Below are positions 20,263 through 31,699 of a stretch of DNA of 64,000 nucleotides, one piece after another; positions within the stretch are counted from its first letter, which is position 1, and every line of letters starts with the position of its first letter. Source of the stretch: Naegleria gruberi (taxonomy: Eukaryota); assembly GCA_000004985.1 (NCBI GenBank), contig GG738868.1. The stretch is one strand, 5' to 3'. Below the pieces are notes generated by a model. That model made no database searches, was not told the origin of the DNA, and saw nothing but the letters and a program-made list of their open reading frames with translations. Made by a program: the position numbers and the translations under genes.

Positions 20263-22491
20263 CTATTTTCTATCCCAGCGCTTAAAACGAAGAGCCAGAT
20301 AAATGGCAATTCTCATAATAATGAGCATTCCAAAGAGAATTAGGACATTGCCCCAGATTGGAATGTGATTGCTACCTTCAAAATAATAATTGAGGGCATC
20401 TTCTCCAGATTTAAAACAAGTAGAGGAGGTAAGTGTGGCAACAGTTTGATTCCAATTCAATTCCGAACATAATTGCTCTGTATATGGCTCAATAGATATT
20501 TGAGAGCTTCCATTGATAGGGATTGAAGTTCCATTTCTGAATGAGCAAATATCAGTCATGTTAACGGTAGAGAGGATCTTATTAGTAGAAGAGCATTCAA
20601 AAGACATTCCACTCAATTCGGCTTGTGCCAAAGCATGAACTGAATATCTGAATAAACTGGTATATGAGAATGGATAAAACCATCCACCAATTTGAGTATT
20701 TCTAATAAGGAAACCGCTGAAGCTCCTAAAAGATGAAAATAGTTATTAATTTGCTTAGAAATTATTAAACTAAACTTACATCCAAATTGTAATGACAACA
20801 GAGAGAATCAAGTTGCCAACACCAACAGACTCACAAAGAGCTCCAATAAACAAACCAATTGATTCACTCAACCACTGAACAAGAATCATAATTGCACAAA
20901 AAATAAAAAAGTTGCCTGGATTGTTCTGAAAACCAACCAACCAATAGGCACAAATTAAGTTGACAATTGGGAAAATTGCTTCAACAGGAATGTGGACAAT
21001 AGTGTATGATGTGTAGTATGTGAGAGTGCTGTACAGATTCGATTCTCGTTCTCTTGTGAAGAGTAATCTCTGTTGAGGGAAGGTAGAAACAACAGATGTT
21101 GCAGGAACAATAGCAAAACAAGTAACAAGGAAAAATAAGGCAGAAATTCTATCTGTAATGCCCTGTTGATCTGCACTGAGCTTAAAGTAGAGAAGTCCAC
21201 AAAATAGTCCCAGAAATACTGCTTGAACAAGTTCAGAAAGGACCAACAAAGGATCTCTAAAGGTGGATCTCAGATTTCTATAGGTTAAAACGAGTAACTT
21301 TAGAAAACCTTCAATGAGGATGGATTGAATATTTCTTCTTTCATCAGAGTCTGTGAGAGGGTTATCCAACACACTACCAGTACTAGTTTGAGAGGAATTA
21401 TATTTGGATTTGTAAAATGAAGAGAGCAAATCAATCCTATTCTGAATGATTTCAAGTTGTTGTTCCATTGTCTTTTCTCCATCATTATCGATACAAATTT
21501 CAATACAAGATCCACTCTTTGCAACAACAGCTTCTGAAACAGAGGAGGTCATACTTTTTTCTTGTCTCAAATATGGATCCGAGACAATGGAAATAAGAAA
21601 ATCAGCTGGATTTGTGTCTTCTGGAATTGGATAATCAATCTTTTTCAAATAACTTTTAACCTGTGAAACTGGGCCACAGTAAACAAGTTTACCCTTGGCA
21701 AGAAGAATCACATTATCAAATATGCCAAATAACTCTGACGATGGTTGGTGAACGGTGGCTACAATTGTCTTGCCTTGCTCATGTGCCAATCTCTGCAACT
21801 TTTTTCCAATTTCTAAAGAAGTATACGAATCCAATCCTGAACTATATTCATCCAACAATAGTAAATCAGGATTGTTGATCAATTGAATAGAAAGAGAAGT
21901 TCTTTTTTTTTGACCTCCTGAAGCACCCTTCTTTTGTTCAGTACCAATTTTAACATTTCTATGAGGATATAATCCAATATCATTCTCAACCTGGAAGGTT
22001 CTTTCGCTACACATTTTCCAAATATCTGACAACTTGTTACCCTCCTTGTGTTTGTACTTTAACAGAGAAGATTCTAACAGGATTTCATGAATAGTGTCTG
22101 TGGATAATAAAATATCATCTTGATAGACATAGCCTCCTTGTTTGTGAAACAACTTTTTGGTTAGGGGTTGTCCTTTGAAAGTGATGGTTCCAGAACATCC
22201 CTTCCTTACACGTTTAGAAATAATGTCAAGCAAAGAGCTCTTTCCTCCTCCACTCCCCCCAATTATCATCGTTAATTGTCCAGAGGGAATGGTGCATGAA
22301 ATGTCAGACAGAATTTGTTTTTTCTTTCTTTTGAATCCAATATTCTCCAAAATCAAGGCTTGAGAAGCATTCGGCAATTCATGATGAAATTGCTGGGTTA
22401 AAAAAGCATCCTCCATTGACAATGTAGTACTAGTTGAAGATTCAGCAATTTGTAAAGCTTGTTGTGTTTGAAATTCGTTCATATTTGTCAT
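20263..22491 (-). CDS. ABC transporter, ABCG-type half-transporter (NBD-TMD), 2 exons
   Basis: Exons 22491-20770 and 20725-20263. The 44-nt intron runs GTAAGT...TTTTAG. Walker A GGSGGGKSS, signature SGGQKKRTSL, Walker B LLLLDE. Six TM segments after the NBD. The junction joins ...TIW-M-SFSGFLIRNTQIGGWFYPFSY.. in frame, a typical ABCG C-terminus. Confidence 0.8.
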
Positions 22492-23478
22492 TATAATATT
22501 TTGTTATTTCTTTTTCCATTAGTAATACGAGGAGGTAGGTTTGATTTTATAGCAAACAAGGCAGCCAACCATCTCTATCGAAAATAATGCTTTGATTCCT
22601 CTTGTGATTGGTCCTCGGGTTCTGAAAAATGATTGAAGTCCAATGTCCACTCCACTGTTCATTTTCAAAAAACCACTCCAACTTGCCGCCAATTTTTAAG
22701 AATCACATGTACCTTTTTTTAATATCCATCATCAGCAAGGTCGAATTTTTCCAAATCATCATCAAATTATTTAATAGTAATTTATATTATTAAAATATTG
22801 ATCCACCATTTGTAGCACATTAATTGAATATCATCAAATTTTTGTTTAATTTTGTTCTCGTGTGTTTGTCGCTGCAATTCATGAAAAAAGATTTAAGAAA
22901 CTATGATCGCACCCGAGTATTTTAGTTTTGGTCATTTTTTTTTTGAAAAGAAAAAAAAGGTAAATTGAATGGCGGGTAGCTTTTTGAAATTGAAACGTAA
23001 CTAATTCAGCTTCGACTAGAACAATCTAAAGACAGATATCATTGTGAATAAAAATTTAAACACAGGAGTGCGTTTGTTACTAGACAATTAAGTGTGTGTA
23101 CTGTTTGAATTGAGTAAGGTGAGTGAGGTTAATGAGTGAGGTTTCAATTTCAAATCTATTCGAAATATTAAAGCTGAAAAGAGAACTGCATGTGCAACTT
23201 TGGTGAAAACCAAATTTCTTACAGCAACTATTGTACGACAATATGACTTAGTTTTAGATTCTGTTCATGTAATTATGATTCAGTATAGAATTATTGATCT
23301 TTGGGGAAATAGTCTATCATTTAACACGTGAAAAAGAGTACATCCACTTCTAAGGGTCAGTAAATATCTTTGCACCAGTCAGTCAATGCTGGATAGAATT
23401 TGGTGTTGAGGTTTGATCTGTAACCAAAGTGCAAGATTATAATTTTCTGTGGTTTTCATTGGATTCACGATCAAAAAA

Positions 23479-25050
23479 ATGTCAACAATTCATAGAATTG
23501 GGTTGTCAACAAGGTTGTTAATGATATTGTTGATTACAATCTTGTCAATCAATTCAATTGACTCATATCAACATTACAACAATATTTCAATATATTACAG
23601 TAGTGATATTTATATAGATCCATGCAATAATAACACAACACCTTATCCATGTTTTAACAAGGTATTAATACTTGACAATTCCCAAATATCTTTCTTTCGA
23701 TCACAATATCAAACTCTCTTTTTATTCAACAGTTATTTGGATTTATGTGAAATTTACACAATACAAGATACAAGTTATTGTCTTGAATGGGAAAATTACA
23801 CATTCAGTCCGTCCTTTCAAGACTATTGCATGTATTGTAATAAGGTTGACAATGAGTTGAGAAGAAAACTATGGAACGATTTCCCATTCATTCATCGAAA
23901 TGTAATCAACAACTCATCAATGGAATTGTGCAAAAGTGAGAGAGCTACACCAGTGCTGACGAGTTTTATTGGTGCTAACTTTACAATTCCAGATATTTTG
24001 TGTTATTGTGAAAAGGATCAGTTTTGGGCGAGTGATTGTAATCAAGTGCATTCGTATAGAACTTTCTATGCTTTTCAGTATTTGATTGAGATATTTTCGT
24101 TCATTGTGTCGACTGTGTCGATTATTGTGTTATTAATACCAACAGTGTTGCATTTGAGAATATTTAAATGGGTGAGAGTGCACATTAAGAAATTTAATAC
24201 CAAAATTAGAATTTTGTGGAATGGAAATGGAAATAATGAAGTGGGATTTTTAAATGATGATGAAATTTATTTGAAAAACCATTTGATTTGGTTCAATGTC
24301 AAGCATTTAGTATTATTTTTTAAAATAATAATTCCAATTACCATTTTAGTATATTCTATAGTTAGAACAGTTATTTTATTTGGATTTAAGGAATATTTTT
24401 CTGTAAGATATGTACAAGCAGTTGTATATTATATTACTTTATTATGTTTATTTACAATAACTATTATTTGGATGAATTTTGTTTTGAAAGAAAAGAAAAA
24501 ACAAGAAAATGATAATTTGTTAATTTATTTAAGAATTGTTTTTGTGATTGGAATTGTATTACTATTGAGTGTTGCTATTGCATTCACTGCTTTATCCCTT
24601 TCAGGAGAATCTATGGGAAGTGGAATTTTATTGATAATTCTAGTTTCCATTTTTATAACTTTGAGCATCTTACTTACTATATTTGGGTTAAAATTATTTA
24701 TTGATTTAACAAGAAGCAAAACGATTAAAGACCGAGCATCCTCGTTCAAATCATTGAAATTCACCAAATTTATACTTCTCATTAACATTTCCTTTATCGT
24801 TTTGTGTTGTTTCTTTTTGGCATTTGCTGTAGAGAACTTGACACAAGGTAGTTTTGAGAGAGGAACTGAATCACCAATGATATTTATTGTAATCATGGAG
24901 CCAATAGTCGAAATATTAATCATTTGGTTGTTATTGTTATTGACCTTTTACATGTCAAGTGTAAAATCAGTTTTAGATATTTATGAGTTTGTGTATTGGC
25001 CATTAAGAAGTTTAACTTGTAATTGTTTTGGAATAAGTTTGGAAAATTAA
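23479..25050 (+). CDS. 7-TM receptor-like protein with Cys-rich N-terminal ectodomain
   Basis: Signal peptide (MSTIHRIGLSTRLLMILLITILSINSIDS) and a roughly 200-aa Cys- and N-glycosite-rich domain. Seven hydrophobic helices follow (LIEIFSFIVSTVSIIVLLI ... IFIVIMEPIVEILIIWLLLLLTFYM). The track's start at 23449 is an alternative codon; first ATG is 23479. Confidence 0.5.
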   Translation: MSTIHRIGLSTRLLMILLITILSINSIDSYQHYNNISIYYSSDIYIDPCNNNTTPYPCFNKVLILDNSQISFFRSQYQTLFLFNSYLDLCEIYTIQDTSYCLEWENYTFSPSFQDYCMYCNKVDNELRRKLWNDFPFIHRNVINNSSMELCKSERATPVLTSFIGANFTIPDILCYCEKDQFWASDCNQVHSYRTFYAFQYLIEIFSFIVSTVSIIVLLIPTVLHLRIFKWVRVHIKKFNTKIRILWNGNGNNEVGFLNDDEIYLKNHLIWFNVKHLVLFFKIIIPITILVYSIVRTVILFGFKEYFSVRYVQAVVYYITLLCLFTITIIWMNFVLKEKKKQENDNLLIYLRIVFVIGIVLLLSVAIAFTALSLSGESMGSGILLIILVSIFITLSILLTIFGLKLFIDLTRSKTIKDRASSFKSLKFTKFILLINISFIVLCCFFLAFAVENLTQGSFERGTESPMIFIVIMEPIVEILIIWLLLLLTFYMSSVKSVLDIYEFVYWPLRSLTCNCFGISLEN

Positions 25051-25144
25051 TAAACTACTGTGGAGTGTTCATTCTAAGCAAGTTTTCTAAATATCATAAT
25101 ATACATATTTATTTAAATTGGAAACTACAAACCCTCGTATTCCT

Positions 25145-27143
25145 TTACTCACTGATAGCAATATATCTATCTCCCATATCATCACCATCCTCATCATCCT
25201 CATCATTAACTTGCACATCCCACTCATTATCAGCTGGTTGTGTATCTACAATAATTGGAAGTTCCAACAATCTGTTTCTCATAGATTTGCTAAGATAACA
25301 ACGATTCATATCTAGAACCTCAAGTCCCATAAAATCTGTTGTCAAACCTCCTTCTAACTTGTCAATAAATTTTGAAACTCCCTTATCTGATAATGTTCCT
25401 AAGGAAATATCAATAATTTTCACTCTCTTTGAAATTGAGCTATCGAAAATATCACCACAAATCTTATCAATAGACTCATAGTTTCTCAAACCCAAATATT
25501 CCAATGATGGGAAGATGCCATTCTCTTTTGGACTTAATAATTTTTCCTTTAGGAGTTCTGGTTGAAAGTCAGCTCCTTGATTGCTTGTTCCCAAGAAAAG
25601 CTCTAAGTGTGCTAATTTTGGCAAATAAGCTGTGAATAAATTACGTAAGAAAACCTCACTCAATCCTGCGGAAATAAAAGTGATTGATCTCAAATTGTGA
25701 TGAGAGAAATTGGCAGAGAGAGCAAGTTGGATTGACCCTTTTGACATCCAAAAATTTAATTTTGGCATGGCATTCAAAACTGGTGTAATATCATCAATGC
25801 AAATCCAAGAGACTTCAGCATCACTTTGATCGATATCTAAATAGTAGATACTTTTGATATTATTCAAAATTTCACTATTTTTGACGATCCAGTTTGAATA
25901 TGTCTTTGGAGGAGTATCCATTGAATCTTCAGTATAACGACCAAAGTTGATTTCATCAAAGCTTTCAATATGTTGCTTGAGTAATCTCAATTGCTTTTTA
26001 AGGCCTCCCTTAAATGTTGGACCATTATTTTCTCCAGCATTGTCTTCATCAAAAGAATGACTGAAATTTTCACCATTCGTAATCTTGGCAGTTCTTAATG
26101 AGGAAAGTAAATTTTGATCGTAGGCATATCTAAACTTGATTGATTCCAATAAACTCAAGGTAGATGTGAATTCTTCCTTCTTTGCATTAGGATAGAATTG
26201 GAGAGCCTTTTCAACAGAAATTGATTTTCTGTTAACCATTTCCTTAAACTTTTCAAAATTTAAGGAGTATCTCTGTAATTTGTCTTCACTAATATTCACA
26301 GCAACATTTGCTTCCTGTTGTTGTTCTCCTTCAGTTGGCACATCGACAGGTCTATTATCTGAGTATTGCTCATCATGGAGAAGAGAAAAGAATTTGTATG
26401 GTTCTGACACTTTTCTTGTTGATCTAATGTAATTATTCATTGTTTGAATGAGGAAAGTAATGGTTGACTCATTATTTTCATTAGTAATCATATCATTGAA
26501 ACGTTTACAAACTCTTGACAAGAGTAATAGTTCATCAATGGTTACATATTTGAAAATTGAAAATAACAAATCATCTAAAAGAGGAAAATTGGTAAATTTA
26601 ACAATATTCACCACCTCACTCTCATCAATTTTTCTCTTTTTAGCGAGAGGTTGAAAGTCTAAATCATCTTGACCATCATCAGCTTCATCGTCATCATCTT
26701 CTTCTTCCTCTTCTTCATCTTCATTATCAAATGAATACTTGGTAGCAGGTTGAAGCTCACCCAATTTAACAGAATCCCAAATAAAATCCTCCTTCACAAT
26801 GATTTTCTCCTTTTCCTTAGCGGCTGAAACTTTTGTTGTTTCCTCCTCAAATTCCTTTTCTATCAACACATCATATCACCATAATCATCATCAAAATATT
26901 ATCAAATTATTAATAAATTGTTATCATTATAGTGCGCATCATGGATCAAAGTATTATTATTCAATTAATTATCATCATCATCAATAAATTACCTGTTGTA
27001 ATCAAGTGAGTGACTGCCTTGGTAATGGAAGCAGCAGTTTTACCACCATACTTTTTAATTTCATTTTCAACTTCTTTCCGTCCCTTGCTTAGGGTACCAG
27101 AGATGCAAAATACCAATGAATTGAAAAGTTTCTTGTTGGACAT
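25145..27143 (-). CDS. BRCT-domain / F-box-like / LRR protein, 2 exons
   Basis: Exon 1 (27143-26993) encodes a BRCT N-terminus LFNSLVFCISGTLSKGRKEVENEIKKYGGK...VTHLITT. A 133-nt intron (GTAATT at 26992 ... TAG at 26860) joins in frame (ACA G + AA AAG = T-E-K). Exon 2 (26859-25145) has an acidic tract, an F-box-like LLDDLLFSIFKYVTIDELLLLSRVCKRFNDMI and C-terminal leucine-rich repeats. Confidence 0.5.
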
Positions 27144-27255
27144 TTTTTTGTTTCTTTCTAATTAGAAAGCTCTTCTCAGATTATCTTTGCATGGAAGGGT
27201 ATAATAATAATTGTAAATTCGGAGATTGGTTCCTCCACCAATTTCTGGAAAAAAA

Positions 27256-27265
27256 TTTGGCGCCA
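27256..27265. promoter_or_regulatory. E2F-type TTTGGCGCCA element, with CCAAT box (ATTGG) 9 bp downstream
   Basis: AAATTTGGCGCCATAAATT is 113 bp upstream of the BRCT gene ATG (minus strand) and 136 bp upstream of the divergent F-box gene at 27401. Confidence 0.35.
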
Positions 27266-27400
27266 TAAATTCTATTGGCCAATTCAACGGAGTTAATGAA
27301 GCAATCCTTACTAAACCAGATTCAAATTATTGAACTTTAGAGTCCAATACCACTCAACATTCGAAAGAACTTACAAAGTTTCAAAAAGAAGCAGAAAAAA

Positions 27401-29913
27401 ATGCTGAATGTTCTTCCTCCCGAAAACATTCATCAAATTTTCAGCTATTTAGATTATTTTCATGATGTTTTTCGGCATCGAAAATTAGCAGTCCCCGATT
27501 TTAATATTATTCACGAATGGACCACTGATGATTTTAGTGCTACAATGGATTTGGAATATTCGGAAGACTTGTTAGATAACAACACTTCATGGGAACCTCT
27601 CTTTCTTACATGTAAATCATTTTATGAAGCCTTTGAACTGTTTCAGCCTTCAGAAATTAAAATACAAATGGTGAATGGAGAGAAAAAGAATTGGGCAAGA
27701 TTTTCAATTGATAGGGATTATTTGCAACTAGTGCGGAGTCTTAAAATAATTCCTATTCATGATAACAAGCAGTGCACAGAGGTGTGAGATTACAAGATAG
27801 GAATTATGTGGAGAAGGCATTGGAAAGGATTATGAAAAGGTATGAAAATGTATTTGATCGAGTTGAATATGTCAACTGTTTTGCACCTTTGGGGAGGAAT
27901 TATTGGACTAAGAGTGGAGTGAATTATAATTTGAAAAAGATTTTTAGAAATGTGAAATATCTAGTTTCAAATTATAGTTTAGCCCAAACTACTATCTCAA
28001 GTTTTCTTAATAGATCATTTTTTATTGAAACTGATCATATTGAACTCAATCACTACAATTCTATTTATTACACAGAGGAAAGGGAAATTGAGCATTTGAG
28101 TTTGGCTCAAAAATACCTTGGTAAACGATCATTTCACATAGAGATATTTCTTGCCAATTCAATATTTTATGAACGTTTTGATACTTGTAAATATATTATC
28201 AAAAATTTCAATATTGACATTGGATACTTTCAACATTTTTGGAATACTGTCTTTTCGAGCTTTATCAATATTCATGACAAGCATTTAGATATTTTACGTT
28301 TAATTTATATGAAATACAGATCATTTAGGATTTTTATTGCAAACATGAACAGCTTGAAACAGTTGAAAATGCTTGAAAAACATCAATTTATTAACTTTGA
28401 TCTAAAAAGATGTTTGAACATTAGTTTAATCAAAGATTTATACTCTAGTGATATTGTTATGTCAAAATTCAGCAAAAAGTACAACATTAATTTTAACAAA
28501 ATTGGAAAGTATGGTTTTTCATTGTTGAGCTTGGATGGAATTGACAGTTTTTATTCTTGTAAATGGGGCAGTCCTGATGTTTTTGGTGTGACACCTTTTA
28601 TGCACAACTTTACCAAAGATATTTCACAAACTGTACAGCACATTATGATGAAGGATAATTTTGGAAATAATTTTTTACACTACTTGTTTTCGAATGATCA
28701 AAACAGAGGTCGATCTTATTTAGTAACATATTCGGACATTCGATTTGCTAAAAAAATTCCTAAAGACGTGTTACTTAAATTGGAACAAGAAGAGAATGAT
28801 ACAGGATTCACACCAGCAGAAATAGGTATTGCCAATGGGTGGAATATGTTCCAGTTTCAACCTTTACCCTCAAAAATATTCCGTTACAAAAGAATTGAAA
28901 TGTTAAATGATAAGTTATCTCGTCCATTTGCACTATTAGATGGACTTGAGGTGAATATGGCTATACTAATGGCTGTAGGTTCTGGAAACAAACATCCACA
29001 TTTGGATTATACTATATATCAGGATATCAATTATAGAGATGTAAATGGAAAGCACTTAATTCATTATTTTACTGAGTATGATACCAGTAAAATCTACAAT
29101 GCCACACAAATTAGATCATGTCAGCAAATATTACAGACACCAGACCAAAATGGAACCATTCTGTTGCAGACATGCAATAATTGGTATGATCATTTATTAT
29201 ATGCAACTACTTGCTATTGGAAAGGTTCTCCTACTATCAACATTTCTGGTTACTTTGATAATTTAGGATTTAACAGGATTATGTATGGCATGTTAAAATT
29301 CACTTCTACTACTTTCAAATATCTCATTTCAGAATCTATTGTACTTGGATTTGATTACTCTAATGAAAATTATCCAAGACTATTCCATATTACCTTTCAA
29401 AATAAGGATGATAATATTCACTTTGAAATTGACAGTGGATTAATTCCAAGAATAACAGGAGGTTTTCAATGGTATGACGGAGAGGAAGGAGATGAATTTT
29501 CACACTTTGTAATCAGATTGTGTATTCAACAATTCTTGAAAGACAACCATTATGCCTTTCAGTCGGTGGTCAGTTGCTTGGTTGCAAGAGGATTGAAATT
29601 TGATGTTGTGAAAAATTCCAGAGGAAAGACAGCACTTGATTTACTGAACGAATTTAAAGAAAATAATCCTTCAATTGACTTGGGAAGTATTTGCAAACAG
29701 GTAACCAAAGGATCCACTAAAAAATCACAAGCGCTGGTTGAGTTTAAAATCAAACATACCAAATGCCCAGAGGAGGTAATTATTTCCCAAACAAATACTT
29801 CATTAGTGGTGAAGAATAGTTTTCTTTTATATTACCACGTTTCTATCAAAAGGAGTCTTTACTTTGCACAAAAAGAAATGAGCACCGATAACAAAGGAAT
29901 GATTTCTCAATAA
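27401..29913 (+). CDS. F-box protein, large C-terminal region in a different frame (pseudogene or sequence error)
   Basis: N-terminal F-box-like ENIHQIFSYLDYFHDVF (27401-27787). The 713-aa continuation (27772-29913) is in another frame. The only GT...AG pair that restores the frame is 29 nt long, shorter than any verified intron here. Confidence 0.45.
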
Positions 29914-29931
29914 TTTCTACTGAATAGATTA

Positions 29932-30867
29932 TCAACACCTATGTCCTCCAAAAAACAAAGCAAAATCGTTATTGTAAATCAAATATCCTGTGCAACCACT
30001 GAATGTCAGAGAAGCTGTAAATCTAATTCTACCCATCATTTTTTCATTTTTCATTAAGGAAAGTAACTGCTTGAGGCATCCCCAAGCAATTCTCAATCTT
30101 CTTGGTCTTTCATACGAACAAAGCCATACTTGTGGTGGTTTGAACTGTATTTTCCATTGGTCATACATGTATGGTAAATAATTGCAACTGGTTGGTTGAC
30201 TATCAACACATTTACCAATAATTTCCAATATCTGCTCATCATTGTCATTATTAAAAGCGTCATTCAGTGCATTGACAGTTTGAGGTTCATCCACCAGATA
30301 ATTCCAACAAGATCCTATTGTAAAATATCCTGAACAATTCATTGCAGAGGTAGAATCATCCAATAATTGTGAGATCATTAACTTTTCATAAGTATTCGTA
30401 TAGAAATAGTGAAGCATCTTTTTCCAGTTAATTTTAGGATTCGTCCTGTAGAATTCATCCAACACTCCAACCATCCACTCATTCCCACTTCCCAATTTTC
30501 TATATTTGGACTTGCAATTTTTAGGTAATCTCTCAATTAGCTTTTCCCAAACATTTTTCCTCACACAAACCACCTCCTCATCAATTTGTGTACTTGTGAA
30601 ATGGTGATAATAGTAATTCAAGTCTTTCCAATTTAAATTTAAATGAAATTCTTTAAATTTTAAAAACCAAAAGTAACAAGAAAGAAGCAACGAATCGGAA
30701 GGATTTGCAATTATCACTTGACCATGATTTCTCGATATTTCCTGATGATGAAACAATATGGAGCCAAATTGACGACAAACTAAGCCAATGGGTAAAAGTT
30801 TTTTAATGGGAATAAATTTGAATATTTCCACAAGCAAGTAATCATCATGGAGTAGCAGTTGAGACAT
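29932..30867 (-). CDS. F-box-like protein
   Basis: First ATG at 30867 gives MSQLLLHDDYLLVEIFKFIPIKKLLPIGLVCRQFGSIL, an N-terminal F-box. The track start 30897 is a non-ATG codon. Converges on the previous gene with only 18 bp between stop codons. Confidence 0.5.
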   Translation of the reverse strand: MSQLLLHDDYLLVEIFKFIPIKKLLPIGLVCRQFGSILFHHQEISRNHGQVIIANPSDSLLLSCYFWFLKFKEFHLNLNWKDLNYYYHHFTSTQIDEEVVCVRKNVWEKLIERLPKNCKSKYRKLGSGNEWMVGVLDEFYRTNPKINWKKMLHYFYTNTYEKLMISQLLDDSTSAMNCSGYFTIGSCWNYLVDEPQTVNALNDAFNNDNDEQILEIIGKCVDSQPTSCNYLPYMYDQWKIQFKPPQVWLCSYERPRRLRIAWGCLKQLLSLMKNEKMMGRIRFTASLTFSGCTGYLIYNNDFALFFGGHRC

Positions 30868-30962
30868 TTTTTGGGATCTTTCCACAACCTCCTTCAAACT
30901 GGAATAGCTGTCAAAAGTTAAAAAAGTGGTAGATATTTAACAGTTCACAGATTTATTGTGTG

Positions 30963-31367
30963 TTATGAGGAAGAAGTGCTGTTTGTAGTGTTGGAAGAAG
31001 TAGTTACTACAGTGAATGTATCGACAGATTCAAAAGTTGTTTGAGAAACTTTCACAGAAATTGTTCCACTTGTGGCCAAAGGTGGAACCTTAACTAATAA
31101 TACTGTGCTATTGGCAGACGAAACTGTAGCAGAAACTCCATTAAACTTGACAATGTTATAAGTTGTTTGAGTAGAATTGAATCCACTTCCATAAATAACA
31201 ACTGTAGAGTTGACACTTCCACTTGAAGGTGAAAAACTTTCAATTTTCAATTGACTGGATGTGTAAAATTTAACATAGAGACCAAAAGCAATGGCAACAC
31301 CAATAAGGAGAACAATGGCAGCCAAGCAGCAGATGGTAGACACAACAGAACAAGATTTAGACGACAT
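30963..31367 (-). CDS. Small signal-anchored membrane protein with IPT/TIG-like Ser/Thr-rich ectodomain
   Basis: N-terminal TM (ICCLAAIVLLIGVAIAFGLYV), then an IPT-like FSPSSGSVNSTVVIYGSGFNSTQTTYNIVKFNGVSATVSSANSTVLLVKVPP with many N-glycosylation sites. Confidence 0.45.
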   Translation of the reverse strand: MSSKSCSVVSTICCLAAIVLLIGVAIAFGLYVKFYTSSQLKIESFSPSSGSVNSTVVIYGSGFNSTQTTYNIVKFNGVSATVSSANSTVLLVKVPPLATSGTISVKVSQTTFESVDTFTVVTTSSNTTNSTSSS

Positions 31368-31565
31368 TTTTTGAATTATTAAAGTGAAAGAGTTTCGTAT
31401 CGGCTTTTAATACTTGTTGGTAACAGTTCTGAGGGAGGAACACAAATATTGATGTTTGTTTCTAATAGACTTGTTCCAAACAATGTTTTAAATGTCCTCT
31501 TCCTTAATGAACTGTTTTCCGTTGCAGAACACATCTAAAAATGGATAAGTATCTCCGTAAAAGAA

Positions 31566-31639
31566 TGCCTCCCTTGGGAATCGAACCCAAGACCTCTGTC
31601 TTACTAGGACAGCGCTACTGCCAACTGAGCTAGGAAGGC
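31566..31639 (-). tRNA. tRNA-Thr (anticodon AGU)
   Basis: Minus-strand GCCTTCCTAGCTCAGTTGGCAGTAGCGCTGTCCTAGTAAGACAGAGGTCTTGGGTTCGATTCCCAAGGGAGGCA folds as a cloverleaf. 7-bp acceptor stem with one G-U, anticodon stem CTGTC/GACAG, loop CTAGTAA giving AGT. T-stem TTGGG/CCCAA, T-loop TTCGATT, U8, G18G19, discriminator A, no encoded CCA. A TTCTTTT terminator follows. Confidence 0.85.
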
Positions 31640-31699
31640 TTACGCTTCACAATGAAAAAGTTCTTAATGTATGTGTAACTCCAACCCAAATACTTTTGT

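Noticed and set aside
26860-26992. C/D-box snoRNA inside the BRCT-gene intron (several TGATGA motifs)
   Set aside because: No D box (CTGA) or terminal stem found; the TGATGA repeats are part of a simple ATCATCA microsatellite.
27772-27800. 29-nt GT...AG mini-intron that would restore the F-box gene frame
   Set aside because: Shorter than all verified introns here (43 nt or more) and lacks a branch-point-like motif. A frameshift (pseudogene or sequence error) is more likely, though not proven.
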